Assembly: GCA_017654855.1 (NCBI GenBank)
Contig: CM030332.1
Span: 4,650,001 to 4,714,000, forward strand
From: Podospora anserina
Taxonomy: Eukaryota
Length of the DNA stretch: 64,000 nucleotides
Direction: 5' to 3'
Below are positions 36,850 to 50,134 of the stretch, in pieces (the stretch's first letter is position 1; each line of letters starts with the position of its first letter). The position numbers were made by a program, and so were the translations under genes. Below the pieces are notes generated by a model that saw only the letters and a list, made by a program, of their open reading frames with translations, made no database searches and was not told where the DNA came from.

Positions 36850-39800
36850 GGTGACTGTGTGGTGGTATTTGTTGGAGAAAAGATGTAAAGCCGGGAAAGG
36901 GCCAATTGATGGGGAAATAAAATGGGTTTGTAAAAATCCTTCAAAACGTGGCTTGGTAATCCCGGGGTAGGTGCTGCACTAAACCGCTGTTACCACGGCT
37001 ATGAAGCTTTCGAAGTGGTGTTGGTGGTGGTGGTGGAAGAGACGGTAGTCTGGTGTGGAGGGAGACCCCGAATAATTAGACTTTGGAGAAGAGACCGGTT
37101 CGTGATGATGGTAGACTTTTGGACCCTAAGCTCACAAAGAGAGGCGGCTCAAAGAGAGGGGGAAAGGTGAGCTTATTATGGGAGTCGAGGCGGATGGCTT
37201 TCTTGCCTGTTTCCCATGCTCTCCCTGCACTTTTGGAAATCGGTGGTGCAGTGCCCACACCTCGGGGCGCGCATAGAGTGGGAATCCCTACCCTGCAGCA
37301 GGGGCAAGTGGGGTACCAAGCCAGGTCCCCTGTTGCCCTCCAGGCAAGTACCTCTCATGTATATTCCGATTTGTTTAGATTTGCTCGATTCCGCCCTCCC
37401 TCCAGCTCCAAGGCGGCGGAATTGGCAACGGCTCGACGACCCTGGACTGGCAGAAGAGTCGCGTAGCCGAATGCCCACACTTCTCCTCTGCCCACACGCT
37501 TGCCCAGCACGCACGCACCGCACCAAATGGAAGCCGCGGGAGCTCGCAATGCTTTGCCGGGATCCAGCTATTAACTGGGTGGACTCAATGACGAAATAGA
37601 GTCTTGCTTCCCCCTGGAACCGTTTTCAATCTCTAGAAACACACAGACGGGCCCTGGCCCTGTCTGGCCCTGTCGCCCTCCGCTGTCTGATCAAGTCAGA
37701 TAACGGACGCCCACCAACCCACCAACCTCCTCCCTCACACACCCTGAGCTGTGCCTGTCCGTGTTGTTGCTGCTGCCCATCATGCCCATGACGAGTTTCT
37801 GTGTTCACTGCACTGGGCCTGCGCCATCTGTGGTCGTGCAAAGCAGCAATTGCGTCGACATGTGTGACACCACCTGAACGTAGGAATTGCAGGTGAGCCC
37901 GGCCGTTGAAATGCGAGGATCATCGAGCGAGAGGGTCCCTGGATTCCCTGGTGGTACAGCCCGGGCGCATTCCTCTCTGGAGACAGGTCGATCAGGGACG
38001 CGAGGAAATCCCACCTCCCAGTGACGGGCTGCGGGAGTGCTCCAGGCAATCTGATTGGGCCCCGGTGCGCGGGCAGAGCTTCATGGGGTTTCTTCAAAAA
38101 AAAACTTGTGCAGCTGCATCCAAGATTGACAAGATACAGCTCGGCAAAGAATGCCGGCAGCATAGCACCCATCGAGATGTCAACAAAACCCCTATTCTGT
38201 GTTTATACTCTATGCGAGGGCACGCGACCGCCGTTGCTATCGCTTCTTTGTTGACCATCATCAAGACTAGTTGGCCGTGTCGGAGCTTTCTTCCGCCAGC
38301 ATCAACCATGGTACCTGTCCCATTTTTGACGAGCTGCCAAATTCCCGTACGGTGGCTGTCTCAAAGAGCCTACATGACGTCAGGGCGGCAGGGGTTTGAT
38401 AACAGCTCCCCCACACAATAAGGAACCTCTCCTGTGGTTGTAGTCCTTAGCTCCCTCTAGTCCTCCTCAGCAGCTGCGTGGACGGGACCTCACACGAGGA
38501 GGGGAGCTTCTTGTGTCAGCTAACCCTCCTCTGCTCGAACAGGGTGAACCCGTGTAAACCCGCCGCCTCCGTACTACGTTCCATGCAGCCTTCTCCGCGA
38601 ATTCGGTCAACAGGGTCGATGTTTGCAGGGTTGTCGTGTTCCAGGGACGACGATGAGCGTTACAGCATGCTCGATTCATCAATCGTGTAGCTGGAATAGT
38701 ACTGTAACAGCTGTGAGGTCGCCAGCCCCATATGCATGAAGGGACACTCGGGTGCGTCCGTTGTCTCTGACCTTGTCGAGACACTCCGAGGCTATCGTAC
38801 GGGTCTGATATGTCGACCATGACCATGTATCGAGGGTCCAACTTGGTGGTATGTATGCCGATGCCCGTTCCCTATGGGGTTGTTGACAATCCGCATCCCT
38901 CGATATGGTAAATGCTTTCTCTGTGCTACCAGAACCTACCACAGACACCAATGATTGTCGTGATTGTCGAGCAACAACAGGTTTGTTCTGCGAACTCCCG
39001 AGCATCCGTGGGGTCGTAACAGGCGATGTCTGCGGGCTCACACGCACACGGCCACACGACCATAGAAGTTGATCATAGGCAGTGGCTAATACCACAAAAC
39101 TTGGGCTGCGGTGTTTTGCAGCGCTCCATTTGTCTCCATGTGCATGACAGCGCAGCTTCCTTGACAGCCACCTCGCACAGAATCATCATAGTCAAGGAAC
39201 CAATGATCGGAGGTCCCCCGATCATCGTATTCTGATCAGGATTGCTGTGGGGAAAGAAGACTTCGCTTCCTGTCAAGCAGCCAAACAAGAACGCCCAAAT
39301 CGCCCAAGTACCGCTAGTCCACGTGCAATTGGGGGTGTGTCTATCTACAGCACTACAAACTTCCAAGTCTGATGATTTCACGGATCCAAGACCTTGGATC
39401 TGATCGTGTCAACAAGAGTGATTGCAATACGAAGCAGTTTAGTATGAGTATGCTCATATACTCGAAGCTGTGTATACCAAGTAGGTAAACAGACTACCTT
39501 ACCTAACAAATACTTTCCAGGGGAGTATGCATCTGTCAAGCAGAACAGCCCCCAAACGAGAGGACCCCTGGACCCTGGAAACAAAGCGGTCCCGTTTTCC
39601 TTGATGCTGCAAGAAATCTTTTGAGAACTGCTATCCAAACTTGGCAGATACTCTCGATAACAAGCGAACAAAGAGAGGATCAAAAGGTCCGGTGGGTGGA
39701 AAGCCACAAGCCGGTTGGGGCAGTTCGGGCGCTGCCAGGGGCCAGCCGCGTGCGGGACGCGGGAGGCTCGGGTCAGAACTTGGAATTGGCAGCTCTGAGA

Positions 39801-41871
39801 TCGTCGTCGACCGTTTTGGCTTTGCGCTTCGCTGTGGCAGGCAGGCGGGTGGTCGACAGCAAGGTCCGACGACAGGATGGCAGCGGATGGTTAGGGGTCA
39901 CGCTTGATTTCAGGGCCCTTGCTTCAGATTTCCTTGGAACGAAAATGTCCCAGCTGCACCGAAGAAATGGCAGAAACCAGTCATCGAGTTGAAGGGTCTT
40001 CCATCGGACCCAATGCGCTCCCATGGGGATCGTGAATTGCGTGGGTGAATCGGGCCCACCTGACGATCCCCTGTACAAAGCAGTATCCTCGAGTGACAGC
40101 CAGGGCAGACCCTTTTCGGAAGACGTTAGCGTTGTTCAGGGTCGCAACAGAAAATAATGACGACAATCGAACGACATCGGCAGCCATCAAAAGTCCAGGG
40201 ACCTTCTCCGTGAGGGGTACTCCCCCGATGTACCCCTGATGTACACCCAGCACCAGTCAGCAGCCAGCATGTCCGGACTATTCCCTCCGGACCGTTCCCC
40301 TCACTGAAGGCCCGAGCTTTCTTCGGGCTGCTTCGAGCTCCGAACCTTTCATAATCGGCCATGCTCACCTTGCCGATGAACCCACCAAGCTTGATGAACT
40401 TTGTACTGAGGAAAAGCAGATCAACCATCCATCTCATCTCACCTTGACAGCATCACGGACAACAAAACGCCTCACTCACCAACATGTGTCAACCTGAAAT
40501 ATTCGCCGAAATGAAGTTGCACGAGCGATGGTCGCATGTGCCCGCTGCCATCGGAATCAAGCGCTGAAATACCCAGCAGAGGTCTCTCTCTGTCTCTCTG
40601 GACACCATCCCTGCGATCCAGCGCAACGCCCAAACCATCCAGCAGGTGAGCAACCTAGCAGCATGGCAAGTTGACCAGGAACAGCCCATTGATTTCAGCT
40701 GCAGATACCTCATAACTCCTTCGTAATAATGGTTGCGTCCAACCCCGCCTTTGGCAAAAGCATCATCTCGCTCGTTCTGAGCGCTCACGCAAACGGCCTG
40801 CATGGACACTACCACAGCTCGAGCAGCCCATGGCTGCAGTATTGGTGTAGGGGTCTGTCTAATCGCAACTCGACGCAAATGCACGGATGAGACGATGAAC
40901 GCAGAAACCCAAAACGTCAATCCTTCATACATCGACAGACACACCGGCCTTGTCTGGGGATCGCCATTGTCACATACCCGGTTTAGTCATCACAAAAAAA
41001 CACCCCATCCGTAAGACTGATCGGAAAATGAGAATTCGATCGAGGGGAAAAAAACGGCCACTTCACACACGCGGGCCAACAACCGGTGTAGGACCGAACT
41101 TTGGGGGTCGCATGGGAATTCAGAGAAATTCACGCTCATGGTGTTCCGTGATCAAATCCCATGGTCATCTCTTCCCAGTAGAACGCTAAGGATTTGCTAA
41201 CCAATTACCGCATCGCAGACTCTGCAGGCATCAAGATATTGGGTAAGACGCGCACGCCTTTCCTTCTTTTTTTCTCTTTACCATCCACACACCCACCTAC
41301 TTTGATACTCTCACTCACTCGCACACACACACGCGCGCACACACACTTTTCGCTGAAATGAGTCGATGGAAACATGGAGCATGGTTGCCCCGAGCCTGGT
41401 GATTCGACAGGCCTTGCCATGGCGGCTATGGGGTGACATCTCCAAATCTCCAAATCTGGGCAAAGATAGGCAGAGATAACGGGGCCTCTTCCTGGGTGGT
41501 GTCGCCCCAGGAGCCTTGCAATTGGGCAAGGTCATTTTTGAGAGGAGCGCACAGCAGCAGACGATGATTTCTTCCCAAAACCAGGACTTGTCTGGTACCT
41601 GCCCAGCAATCGAGTCCTATTTGCCTTTGAGCATCTGTGGATAGCAAATTGCGTACACACACCGGCCCAGCCTGGGCAGCATGTGGTGAAACATGGCATT
41701 TGGCTTAGAATGCACTTTGCAAGAATCGGTTTCTGTAAGAATCCCATCACACTTTGACAAAGGTTGACAAGGGAGGGGCAGGACCCTTGCGGGGTTCAGG
41801 GTCAAATTGCCCCTCCTCTTTTTTGGGTCAATTAAATCATTTCCTGTCCCAAGCTCCTCCCCTCTCATTTT

Positions 41872-41932
41872 TTTGTTGTGATGATGATGATGATGATGAT
41901 GTGGTGTTGTGTTGTTGGTGATGATGATGTTG
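41872..41932. repeat. (TGA)n/(TGT)n microsatellite
   Basis: TGATGATGATGATGATGATGATG followed by TGTTG units. Confidence 0.85.
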
Positions 41933-42518
41933 TGCTCACTTGCACACATACCTATTTTGTGGGGAATTCTGTCGGAAATAATAAGTTTGCATCATCAGAA
42001 ACACATCAGTATTTGATCAAAAACTTACGATTCGTAACATGCACGTATACGAAACCCAAAAAGCAGACAGGTCCGTCTCGGTTTCTCCTTTTTTTTTGAC
42101 GTGCATGAGAGGGGTTTTGTTTGAATGGCGACGTGCAGGAAGGCTTAGTTAGGTATGACAGGAGGGAGGAACTTGCTTTTGCGTTTTTCTGGTGTGTGAC
42201 GAGAGAGAGTTTATTGACCCGGTCCCCTTGAGGAGGAGAGGAGACAGGATGAACCTAGGTGGGTACGGTGAAACATGGTGCAAGTAAAGTAGAATGCAAG
42301 ATTGTTACACATACGATGGCGCGCAAGGTTCTGTCAACGGACGGGGAAAAAGCTGATCGATGATGTGGGCTAGGTGTGATAACCGCATCGAGGGAGGTTG
42401 TTTGTATCAGGGAGTTTTTTTACCAAGGAAGATGGAGGACGGAGGATGGAGGATGTGAACCCTTCCTGATCGAGGTTTTGTTGCACAGGTTTTGATCATC
42501 AGGTGCGGTTCTGCAGAG

Positions 42519-42560
42519 CTGATGATGATGCTGATGATGCTGATGATGATGATGATGATC
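42519..42560. repeat. (TGA)n microsatellite with TGC interruptions
   Basis: CTGATGATGATGCTGATGATGCTGATGATGATGATGATGATC. Confidence 0.85.
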
Positions 42561-43295
42561 AGGTGTAGGAGACATGATGGTGGCGATCAGAGTTTTTTAA
42601 TGGCAGGTTTGAGGATCTCTGTTGGGATATGATATATCTTTCTCGGTCTGCTATATTTTGAGAAGTAACGAGTCCTCTTTGTACAAGTAGATATTAAGCA
42701 AGTCAAATATAGCTGGGGAAATTCATCAAGTAATACTCCTTAGCATCAACAACCCCCCGAAATGAGCGTGATAGTTGTAAAGAAAAAAGTGTTCTATCTA
42801 TCCTCTCCTCGATGTTACTATGTCCCCTATTCTCCACCCATTCTTGTGGCAACATCATGGTTATTTGAGCCTAGTTGACAGCAACTGAGATGACACCTAG
42901 TTTGCAAACCTCTTCCGTGCCTCGAACATTGAAGAGATCTAGATGGCTCCAAGGTTACTCATAACGGATGCGTCCATACCTCCCAGTCTGCTTCAAACAC
43001 TACAGGTGTCGGCCTAGCTACCCGACTTTGAATCGTGAGCGTTGCAATGACTGAAGCCATTTAAAGAGTAAAATGATTCAAAACGCAAGCGTAGTTGACC
43101 TCTTTTCCCAAAGTGCACTCCCCAGTTGAAACGTTACTTGACCATAAATTACATCACAAAAACCACCAAGTCTGTTGTTGTACACATACACTAATCCAAT
43201 TACTAAATACTGATTGCTCCAACTCCTCTATTCGCCCCTTCCCTCTTCACCAGCTCAACACAGTCCAACACACCAACCACCCTCACAAACCCAAA

Positions 43296-45199
43296 TCAAG
43301 ACTTTGTAGACCCCGTATCAACCCTCTTAGCAGGCGGCAACGCAGGCTTCTTAAAAACACCACTCCCACCCCCTCCACCCCCACTCCCCCCACCAATCTG
43401 CGTAAACGTCCCCCCCTTAAACCACCTATCCTCCTCCTCCGCCTTCCTCTTCCTGCTCTCCGCCATCGCCTTCGGGTCAACAAGCTCCAACCCTTGCATA
43501 GGCGTAAACGCAAGCGACGAAACCGTCCCCGCCGTCGCGCCACCCCCCAAACTCGTCCCAACGCCCGAGGTCCGCAGCCCTTTGCTCGCCAGACTGATAT
43601 TCCCCGCCCCGCCACCAGTCAAACTCCTGAGCGAGGACGACGCACCCCCAATCGAAGTCGTCCCTCCCCACCCTTTGCTCCTCGCGCTGAGCTTTGCCCT
43701 CGTGCGCTGGTCAATCTGAGCGACCCGGAGACGTCCGTCGTCTCGCTGACCAATCATACCCAAGCCTTTGGTGCTGTCTCCTACGCCGTAGCCAACTTCT
43801 TTTTCTTCCTTGCCAAAGGCGACGCGGTTTTGGGCCTTGCGTAGCTCTGTCATGGCGGTCGCCTCCTTTGCTTTGCGGGCGCGGCGACCACCGCGTTTCC
43901 TGCTGGGCTTGTCGTCTGGTGCTGGGAGGGCACGGGCGCCTTTAGCATTGGGCTTGGCTTGGAGTTTGTCCAGACGGTCGAGGCACTCGTCTCGGAGACG
44001 CTCGCCTTCGGAGCCGTCGCGGAACTGGTGGAAGCAGTCGGTACGGGCGCACATGACGATCTTGTTGGCAAACATCTTCATGGCTTGTTTCTTGAGGTCG
44101 CTGGGAACCTCGCGGATGATGGGTGCCTGGAAGATGAAGCCTTGCTGGCGGATGCCCACGTTCGTGGCAAGGGCCGAGCTGTTTTGTTTCTTGGAACCCC
44201 AGGCTGGTAAGTTGCAGGCTGGGGCTTTCGAGAGACCGGTGAGACCACCCGCTTGGTTGAGAAGTTGTGCGGCAGTAAGAGAGCCGATGAGAGCTGTCAA
44301 GTTTGGCGCGAAGATGTTCATGCGTGATTGCACGTACTGGGTCAGCGTCTTCTTGGCTTCATCGAGCGAGATGACCATCTCGCAGGCCTGCACAACTCGT
44401 TGTAACTCTTCTTCAGGCATCGCCTGTCCCTTGGATGTAGTCGCCTCCACTGTGACAATCATCAGTGAGGGCCCGTCGAGAACCTTCTTGAGGGAGACCC
44501 CTAAAATGTTGTTCGTTGACTCTAGAAGCCCCTTGATACTATCCGAGTCCATCGGCCCATTTCCAAGGCAAGCAACCACCTTTGCGTATTCCAACGGGTT
44601 GGTGATGAGCGTCTCGAGCTCTGGAAACCGGACCGAGTAGTGGTCCCTGATGAACTTGTGTACCAGCGCGATCTCATTGTCGATCTGAGTTGATAGGCTG
44701 TTTGACTGGGTCAACAGGTGGTACTCGGGATGGTCTTCGACATTTCCCACGCTGTCGACCGACTGTGCTGGCTGCTTTTCGTAATGTGCGATTTTCTGCA
44801 ACGTTCGAGACAAACTGTCAGGGCTATTGTTCCAAGATAGAGATGTAAACATTTTCCACTGTTGGGGCACAAGCGGGTATTGGTACTACTAACCTCGAGA
44901 ACAGGCTTCAACGTCTGCATGAGACCTGCGACAGTGCGAACGTCACGGACAGCGCCCAGGTTCATCTTTTCGATCTTGGCCTTGGCTTCGGCTTCATCTT
45001 CAGCGGCTGCGGCAGCTTCTTCATCGATCATGTCTGCGTCCTCATTCCCATCGCCCTCGTCGCGTGCTTCTACCATGTCTGTATCGACCTGCGCGCCATT
45101 CGCGAGTCCTTCGTCTGTGAAGAAGTCGTCATCGTTGCCCTGTTCCTCGCCAACGTCGTCCCCGAAATCATCGAGGAGTTCGTCCGCGTAGCTGGACAT
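43296..45199 (-). CDS. PRP31: U4/U6.U5 tri-snRNP splicing factor Prp31; intron 44893-44796
   Basis: NOSIC/Nop domain HKFIRDHYSVRFPELETL, IFAPNLTALIG..GGLTGLSKAPACN; C-terminal KRGGRRARKAKE..ELRKAQNRVAFG..SLAFTPMQGLEL. Confidence 0.95.
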
Positions 45200-45521
45200 T
45201 GTTTTGATGCGCGCGTGGATAACTTGGTCTGGATTGTTGCGTGCTGTCGAGAAAATGTCGATGGCAAAGTGAATTACAAAGAAAAGGAAGGCTGTTGAAC
45301 TTATACTGCAAGCCTGTCGCCGGAGTCGGTTTGGGAGGCGCGGCTTGGTCAAGGCTTAAAAAAGTGCCCCACATCGCCGTGCGACATGGGCAAGGAATTG
45401 TAGCGTAAACAGTTCTTGAACTTCCCGTCCTCACCGTCCATCATCCCCCTCCAAACATCCCACAAACACCCCCCGTCGCCTCTCGAACGGAGAATCGCAT
45501 CAATCGAGAAACCTCATCAAG

Positions 45522-47573
45522 ATGGAGACATCACGTGGCCCACCAAGGGTCAAGAACAAGGCCGCCGCGCCTGTGCAGATTTCCGCCGAGCAGTTGCTTC
45601 GCGAGGCCGTCGATAGGCAAGAGGTCGCCCTCCAGAAGCCAACACAGCGCTTTGAGGATCTCGAAGAGTTGAAGGAGTACCAAGGTCGGAAACGTCGCGA
45701 GTATGAAGATTACGTTCGCCGAAACCGCGTTCGATTAGCAAACTGGCTTCAGTATGCCCAGTGGGAGCTCGAGCAGAAAGAGCTTGCGCGCGCCCGGTCT
45801 GTCTTTGAGCGCGCCCTCGATGTCCACCCCAACAACACTCAGCTTTGGATTCGATACATCGAGGCCGAGATAAAGAGCCGTAATATCAACCATGCGCGCA
45901 ACCTCCTCGACCGCGCCGTCACCCGGCTGCCTCGCGTGTCGTCTCTGTGGTACAAGTATCTTTATGTCATGGAGATGCTGGGCGATATCCCCGGAACCCG
46001 TCAGGTATTCGATCGGTGGATGCAATGGCACCCAGATGAGAACGCGTGGGCGGCCTACATCCGTCTGGAGAAGCGATATGGCGAATATGACAGGGCGAGG
46101 GAGATTTTTCGCGCCTTCACCGCGGTGCACCCAGAACCGAGGACATGGCTGAAATGGGCCAAATTTGAGGAGGAACACGGAACGACCGATCTGGTGCGCG
46201 AAGTCTTTCAGACGGCAATACAGACCATTGCTGAGCTGCTGGGCGATGATGCGGTTGACGAAAAGATATTCATTGCTTTTGCCAGATACGAGGCACGCTT
46301 GGGCGAATATGAACGGGCGCGGGCTATCTACAGATTCGGTCTTGACAACCTTTCAAGGTCCAAATCCATGATTCTTCATGCTCAGTACACCACTTTCGAA
46401 AAGCAGTTTGGTGACCGAGAGGGAGTGGAGGACGTCATCATCACAAAGAGGAGGAGGCTTTATGAGGAGCAAGTGAAGGAGAACCCCAAGAACTACGATG
46501 TCTGGTTTGACTTTGCAAGGTTGGAAGAGAGCGGAGGCAATGCAGACCGTGTCCGTGAGGTTTACGAAAGGGCAATTGCTCAAGTGCCTCCCACTCAGGA
46601 GAAGCGCCACTGGAGGCGATACATCTTTCTGTTCCTCTTCTACGCGATATGGGAGGAGAGGGAAGCCAAGGATATCGAACGTGCCCGGCAAATTTACGAC
46701 ACCTGTCTAGGATTGATCCCCCACAAGAAGTTCACCTTTGCCAAAATCTGGGTGGCCAAAGCTCACTTTGAGATCCGGCAGGGACAGCTTACCACTGCCC
46801 GAAAGACCCTGGGACGGGCCATTGGGATGTGTCCCAAGGACAAGCTCTTCAAAGAATACATCCTCCTCGAGCAAAAGCTGTACGAGTTCGAGAGGTGCCG
46901 GACCCTGTATGAGAAGCATGTCATGTACAATCCCGCCAACTGCCAAACATGGATCAAGTGGGCCGAGATTGAACGTGGCCTTGACGACCTGGAACGGACC
47001 CGCGCCATCTTCGAGCTCGCCATCAGTCAGCCAGTCCTGGACATGCCGGAAGTGGTGTGGAAAGCCTACATTGATTTCGAGGAAGAAGAGGGCGAGTACG
47101 AGAGGACTCGCGAGCTGTACGAGCGCCTCCTTGCCAAGGCCGACCACCCCAAGGTCTGGATCAGCTACGCCCAGTTCGAGATCAACATCCCAGAAGCGGA
47201 CGAGGGCGGCGAGGAGGACGAGGACGAGGACCGCCCGGTGAGCGAGGAGGCCAAGGAGAGGGCTCGCAAGATCTTCGAGCGTGCTCACAAGAGCATGAAG
47301 GAGAGAGAGCTCAAGGCCGAGCGGGTGTCGCTGCTCAACGCGTGGTTGGCATTCGAGAAGACGCACGGCTCGCCAGAGGACGTCGAAAAGGTGAACAAAC
47401 AGATGCCGAGGAAAACGAAGAAAAAAAGAAAGCTGGAGGACGATACGTGGGAGGAGTATGTCGACTACATCTTCCCTGCGGACGACCAACAGACCAGGAG
47501 CTTGTCCAACTTGCTTGCCATGGCCAATGCCTGGAAGCAACAGACGGGTGGAAAGATTGGTGGGGAGGAATGA
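45522..47573 (+). CDS. CLF1: Crooked-neck HAT-repeat splicing factor Clf1/Syf3 (NTC); intronless
   Basis: [62 protein letters not shown]. Confidence 0.95.
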   Translation: METSRGPPRVKNKAAAPVQISAEQLLREAVDRQEVALQKPTQRFEDLEELKEYQGRKRREYEDYVRRNRVRLANWLQYAQWELEQKELARARSVFERALDVHPNNTQLWIRYIEAEIKSRNINHARNLLDRAVTRLPRVSSLWYKYLYVMEMLGDIPGTRQVFDRWMQWHPDENAWAAYIRLEKRYGEYDRAREIFRAFTAVHPEPRTWLKWAKFEEEHGTTDLVREVFQTAIQTIAELLGDDAVDEKIFIAFARYEARLGEYERARAIYRFGLDNLSRSKSMILHAQYTTFEKQFGDREGVEDVIITKRRRLYEEQVKENPKNYDVWFDFARLEESGGNADRVREVYERAIAQVPPTQEKRHWRRYIFLFLFYAIWEEREAKDIERARQIYDTCLGLIPHKKFTFAKIWVAKAHFEIRQGQLTTARKTLGRAIGMCPKDKLFKEYILLEQKLYEFERCRTLYEKHVMYNPANCQTWIKWAEIERGLDDLERTRAIFELAISQPVLDMPEVVWKAYIDFEEEEGEYERTRELYERLLAKADHPKVWISYAQFEINIPEADEGGEEDEDEDRPVSEEAKERARKIFERAHKSMKERELKAERVSLLNAWLAFEKTHGSPEDVEKVNKQMPRKTKKKRKLEDDTWEEYVDYIFPADDQQTRSLSNLLAMANAWKQQTGGKIGGEE

Positions 47574-47977
47574 GCTTGTTGTGGTGTAATTCGAGTATAA
47601 AGATAATAGGAGGCCATAGAATGCACATCAGTTGCCCTGTTTTGGGACTGAATCCCTTTTCAATGAGATTCTTGAGTGTCTCATTCTTCTCACCATAAGA
47701 CACTTACAGTATGTTGTCATTTCAGCGGAGAAGACATCGACATGACTGTTTATACTTGAACCGAGTCCAACCGTTCGGGTCCGCGTTCGCAGCGTTGCGT
47801 CCAAGGGTGGGTCGAATTCCGGGCCGAGAAACGGCCAAAGCCCCGAATGATGAGCTAAGAGCAATGAGGTCACCTCAAACTACAACCAGCCCAACTTTCT
47901 TTCTCTCCGCCTCCTGTTCGATTCTCTTGCGCCAAACTAGGTAACCGCTGGGTCGAATTCCAGCTCAATCGGCCACG

Positions 47978-49432
47978 ATGCAGTCTACCAGATCAACTGC
48001 GCTCTCACGAGCACTCCGGACTGCTGTCCGCAGTCACCCCCACACCGCGAAGCGGCACACTAGCTCAGTTGCTCTGCTGTCACAGAGATTCCAACCTCAG
48101 TCGCAACATCAGCAACACCAGCCACAAAACATCCTCTCCCGCCTAGCAGCATCTTTCACACCTTCTCTCACACAACAAACCCGCCATGCCTCCTCCTCCA
48201 CGACCCCCCAAACTGACCTCCAAAAAACCCCCCTCTACGACCTCCACCTCTCCCACGGCGGCAAAATGGTCCCCTTCGGCGGCTTCCACATGCCAGTCCA
48301 ATACTCCTCCCTCGGCGTCGCCCAATCCCACCTCTTCACCCGCTCCCACGCCTCCCTCTTCGACGTCTCCCACATGGTCCAACGTCTCATCCTCGGCCCG
48401 GGCGCCGCCGCTTTCCTAGAGCGGATAACCCCCAGCGACTGCAAGAATCTCGAGACCCACAAGTCGACCCTCTCGGCGCTCATGACGCTGGATGGAAAAG
48501 GTGGGATTTCGGACGACACCATCATCACCAAGCTGGCCGAGGACAAGTTTTATGTTGTGACCAATGCTGGGTGCAGGGGGAAGGACAACAACTATATTGA
48601 TCGGGAGATGGCAAAATGGAATACCGAGATGGGGCATGAGGGGTTGAAGGTTAGGGAAGAGCAGCTGGATGGGTGGGGGTTGGTTGCTGTTCAGGGGCCA
48701 AAGGCGGAGGAGATTTTGCAGGGGGTTTTGACAGAAGAGGGGGTGGATTTGAAGAAGCTGCTTTTTGGGGGGAGTTTGTACGCCAAGGTGAAGTATGGGG
48801 GTGGGAAGGTGAGCAGCCCGCTTTTGATCAGCAGGGGGGGTTATACCGGTGAGGATGGTTTCGAGATTTCGATCCCCCCTGCTGAGACGGTGGGTGTTAC
48901 CGAGGCCTTCCTCGCTGCTGGGCCGGAGGAGATCCAGCTTGCTGGGTTGGGCGCGAGAGATAGCTTGCGGTTGGAGGCGGGCATGTGTCTGTACGGGCAT
49001 GACCTCAACGACTCCATTACTCCTGTTGAGGCTGGGTTGAGCTGGATTATTCCCAAGGAGAGGAGGTCGGAGAACGCGGGTTACTACGGCGCTGATGTCA
49101 TCGCCAAGCAGCTCGTCCCCAAGAGCAAAGGGGGCGCGGGTGTCCACCGTCGCCGGATCGGTCTGCTTGTCGAGGGTGCGCCCGCGAGAGAAGGGGCCGA
49201 GATTGTCTCCCGCAGTGAGGATGGCAAGGAGGCAATTAGCTTGGGGACTGTGACGAGTGGGTGCCCTAGCCCGAGCCTGGGCAAGAACATCGCCATGGGA
49301 TACATCAAGGATGGTTTCCACAAGGTTGGCACCGAGGTCGACATTTTGGTGCGTGGCCGGCCAAGGAAGGCGGTGGTGACCAAGATGCCGTTTGTGCCGA
49401 CCAAGTACTGGAAGGGAACTGCCCCGGCGTAA
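47978..49432 (+). CDS. GCV1: Glycine cleavage system T protein (aminomethyltransferase), mitochondrial
   Basis: KTPLYDLH..GKMVPFGG, LFDVSHM, SRGGYTGEDGFEI, GLGARDSLRLEAGMCLYG, KMPFVP; Arg/Ser-rich presequence. Confidence 0.95.
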   Translation: MQSTRSTALSRALRTAVRSHPHTAKRHTSSVALLSQRFQPQSQHQQHQPQNILSRLAASFTPSLTQQTRHASSSTTPQTDLQKTPLYDLHLSHGGKMVPFGGFHMPVQYSSLGVAQSHLFTRSHASLFDVSHMVQRLILGPGAAAFLERITPSDCKNLETHKSTLSALMTLDGKGGISDDTIITKLAEDKFYVVTNAGCRGKDNNYIDREMAKWNTEMGHEGLKVREEQLDGWGLVAVQGPKAEEILQGVLTEEGVDLKKLLFGGSLYAKVKYGGGKVSSPLLISRGGYTGEDGFEISIPPAETVGVTEAFLAAGPEEIQLAGLGARDSLRLEAGMCLYGHDLNDSITPVEAGLSWIIPKERRSENAGYYGADVIAKQLVPKSKGGAGVHRRRIGLLVEGAPAREGAEIVSRSEDGKEAISLGTVTSGCPSPSLGKNIAMGYIKDGFHKVGTEVDILVRGRPRKAVVTKMPFVPTKYWKGTAPA

Positions 49433-50134
49433 GGCCTGTGATCAGGGAAGCAGCGTATTTTTCTTATGAAGGGGGCATGTCGTTCAACACATCACATCGC
49501 AAAATTTGGCGCAATTACAAGGCGGACTCTCAGTGGTTTTTTCAACATATTCGGGACAAGAACCGAACGGAATGGGATAGCGGTTATACGGAGTTGAATC
49601 TAGCAAAAAATCAATGTGCTCTAACATTTCATTTTTTCCACGTGTCGTGCCATGATATTTCAAAAGACTGAGATTCAGCGGACCCCAAAAAATGTTGAAA
49701 AGTTATTATATTCTGATTGTTTATGCTCACCACATCTCCCACTGTAACTCTGGATATCCCAATCTTTTCCCTCAGCCCCAATAGACCCCTCCTCTAAGTG
49801 ACCCGTAGGTAAGTGACCCGTAGGTATAAAAAAAAGCCCCCGTCCCCATCCCCCTTGTCCATCAAATCGTCCGTCGTGAAGGAAGAAAAAAGCATATCCC
49901 GAGCCCATGTTGAATGTTTGCCCCAAAAGTTTTCCCACGCCCCCATGCAATAATAACATAGAAAAACCAACGCTCTAATCAAGAACCAAAGTTCAAAAGC
50001 CAATCATGACTCCTAACACGCCCGCCCGCCCGCCACCCTTTTCTTGAGAAAAATGGCTGTATGCAATGCAGAAAACGACACCGAAATTCTACCGAGCACC
50101 GCCCAGATGAACAACAATGACAACACAGTTTTTT

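Noticed and set aside
37000-42100. Many 60-170-aa ORFs on both strands
   Set aside because: No recognisable domains, overlapping in all frames, many with non-ATG starts; treated as noise.
47780-47900. tRNA or box C/D snoRNA upstream of GCV1
   Set aside because: B-box-like and ATGATGA motifs are present, but there is no cloverleaf, A-box or downstream CTGA box D.
43095-49404. Long antisense ORFs (e.g. 43810-44640, 46707-47540, 48416-49321)
   Set aside because: Shadows of GC3-rich codon usage in PRP31, CLF1 and GCV1.
49795-49826. 15-bp tandem duplication TAAGTGACCCGTAGG x2 between GCV1 and EKI1
   Set aside because: Real, but most simply a slippage duplication in a 3' UTR; no evidence of function.
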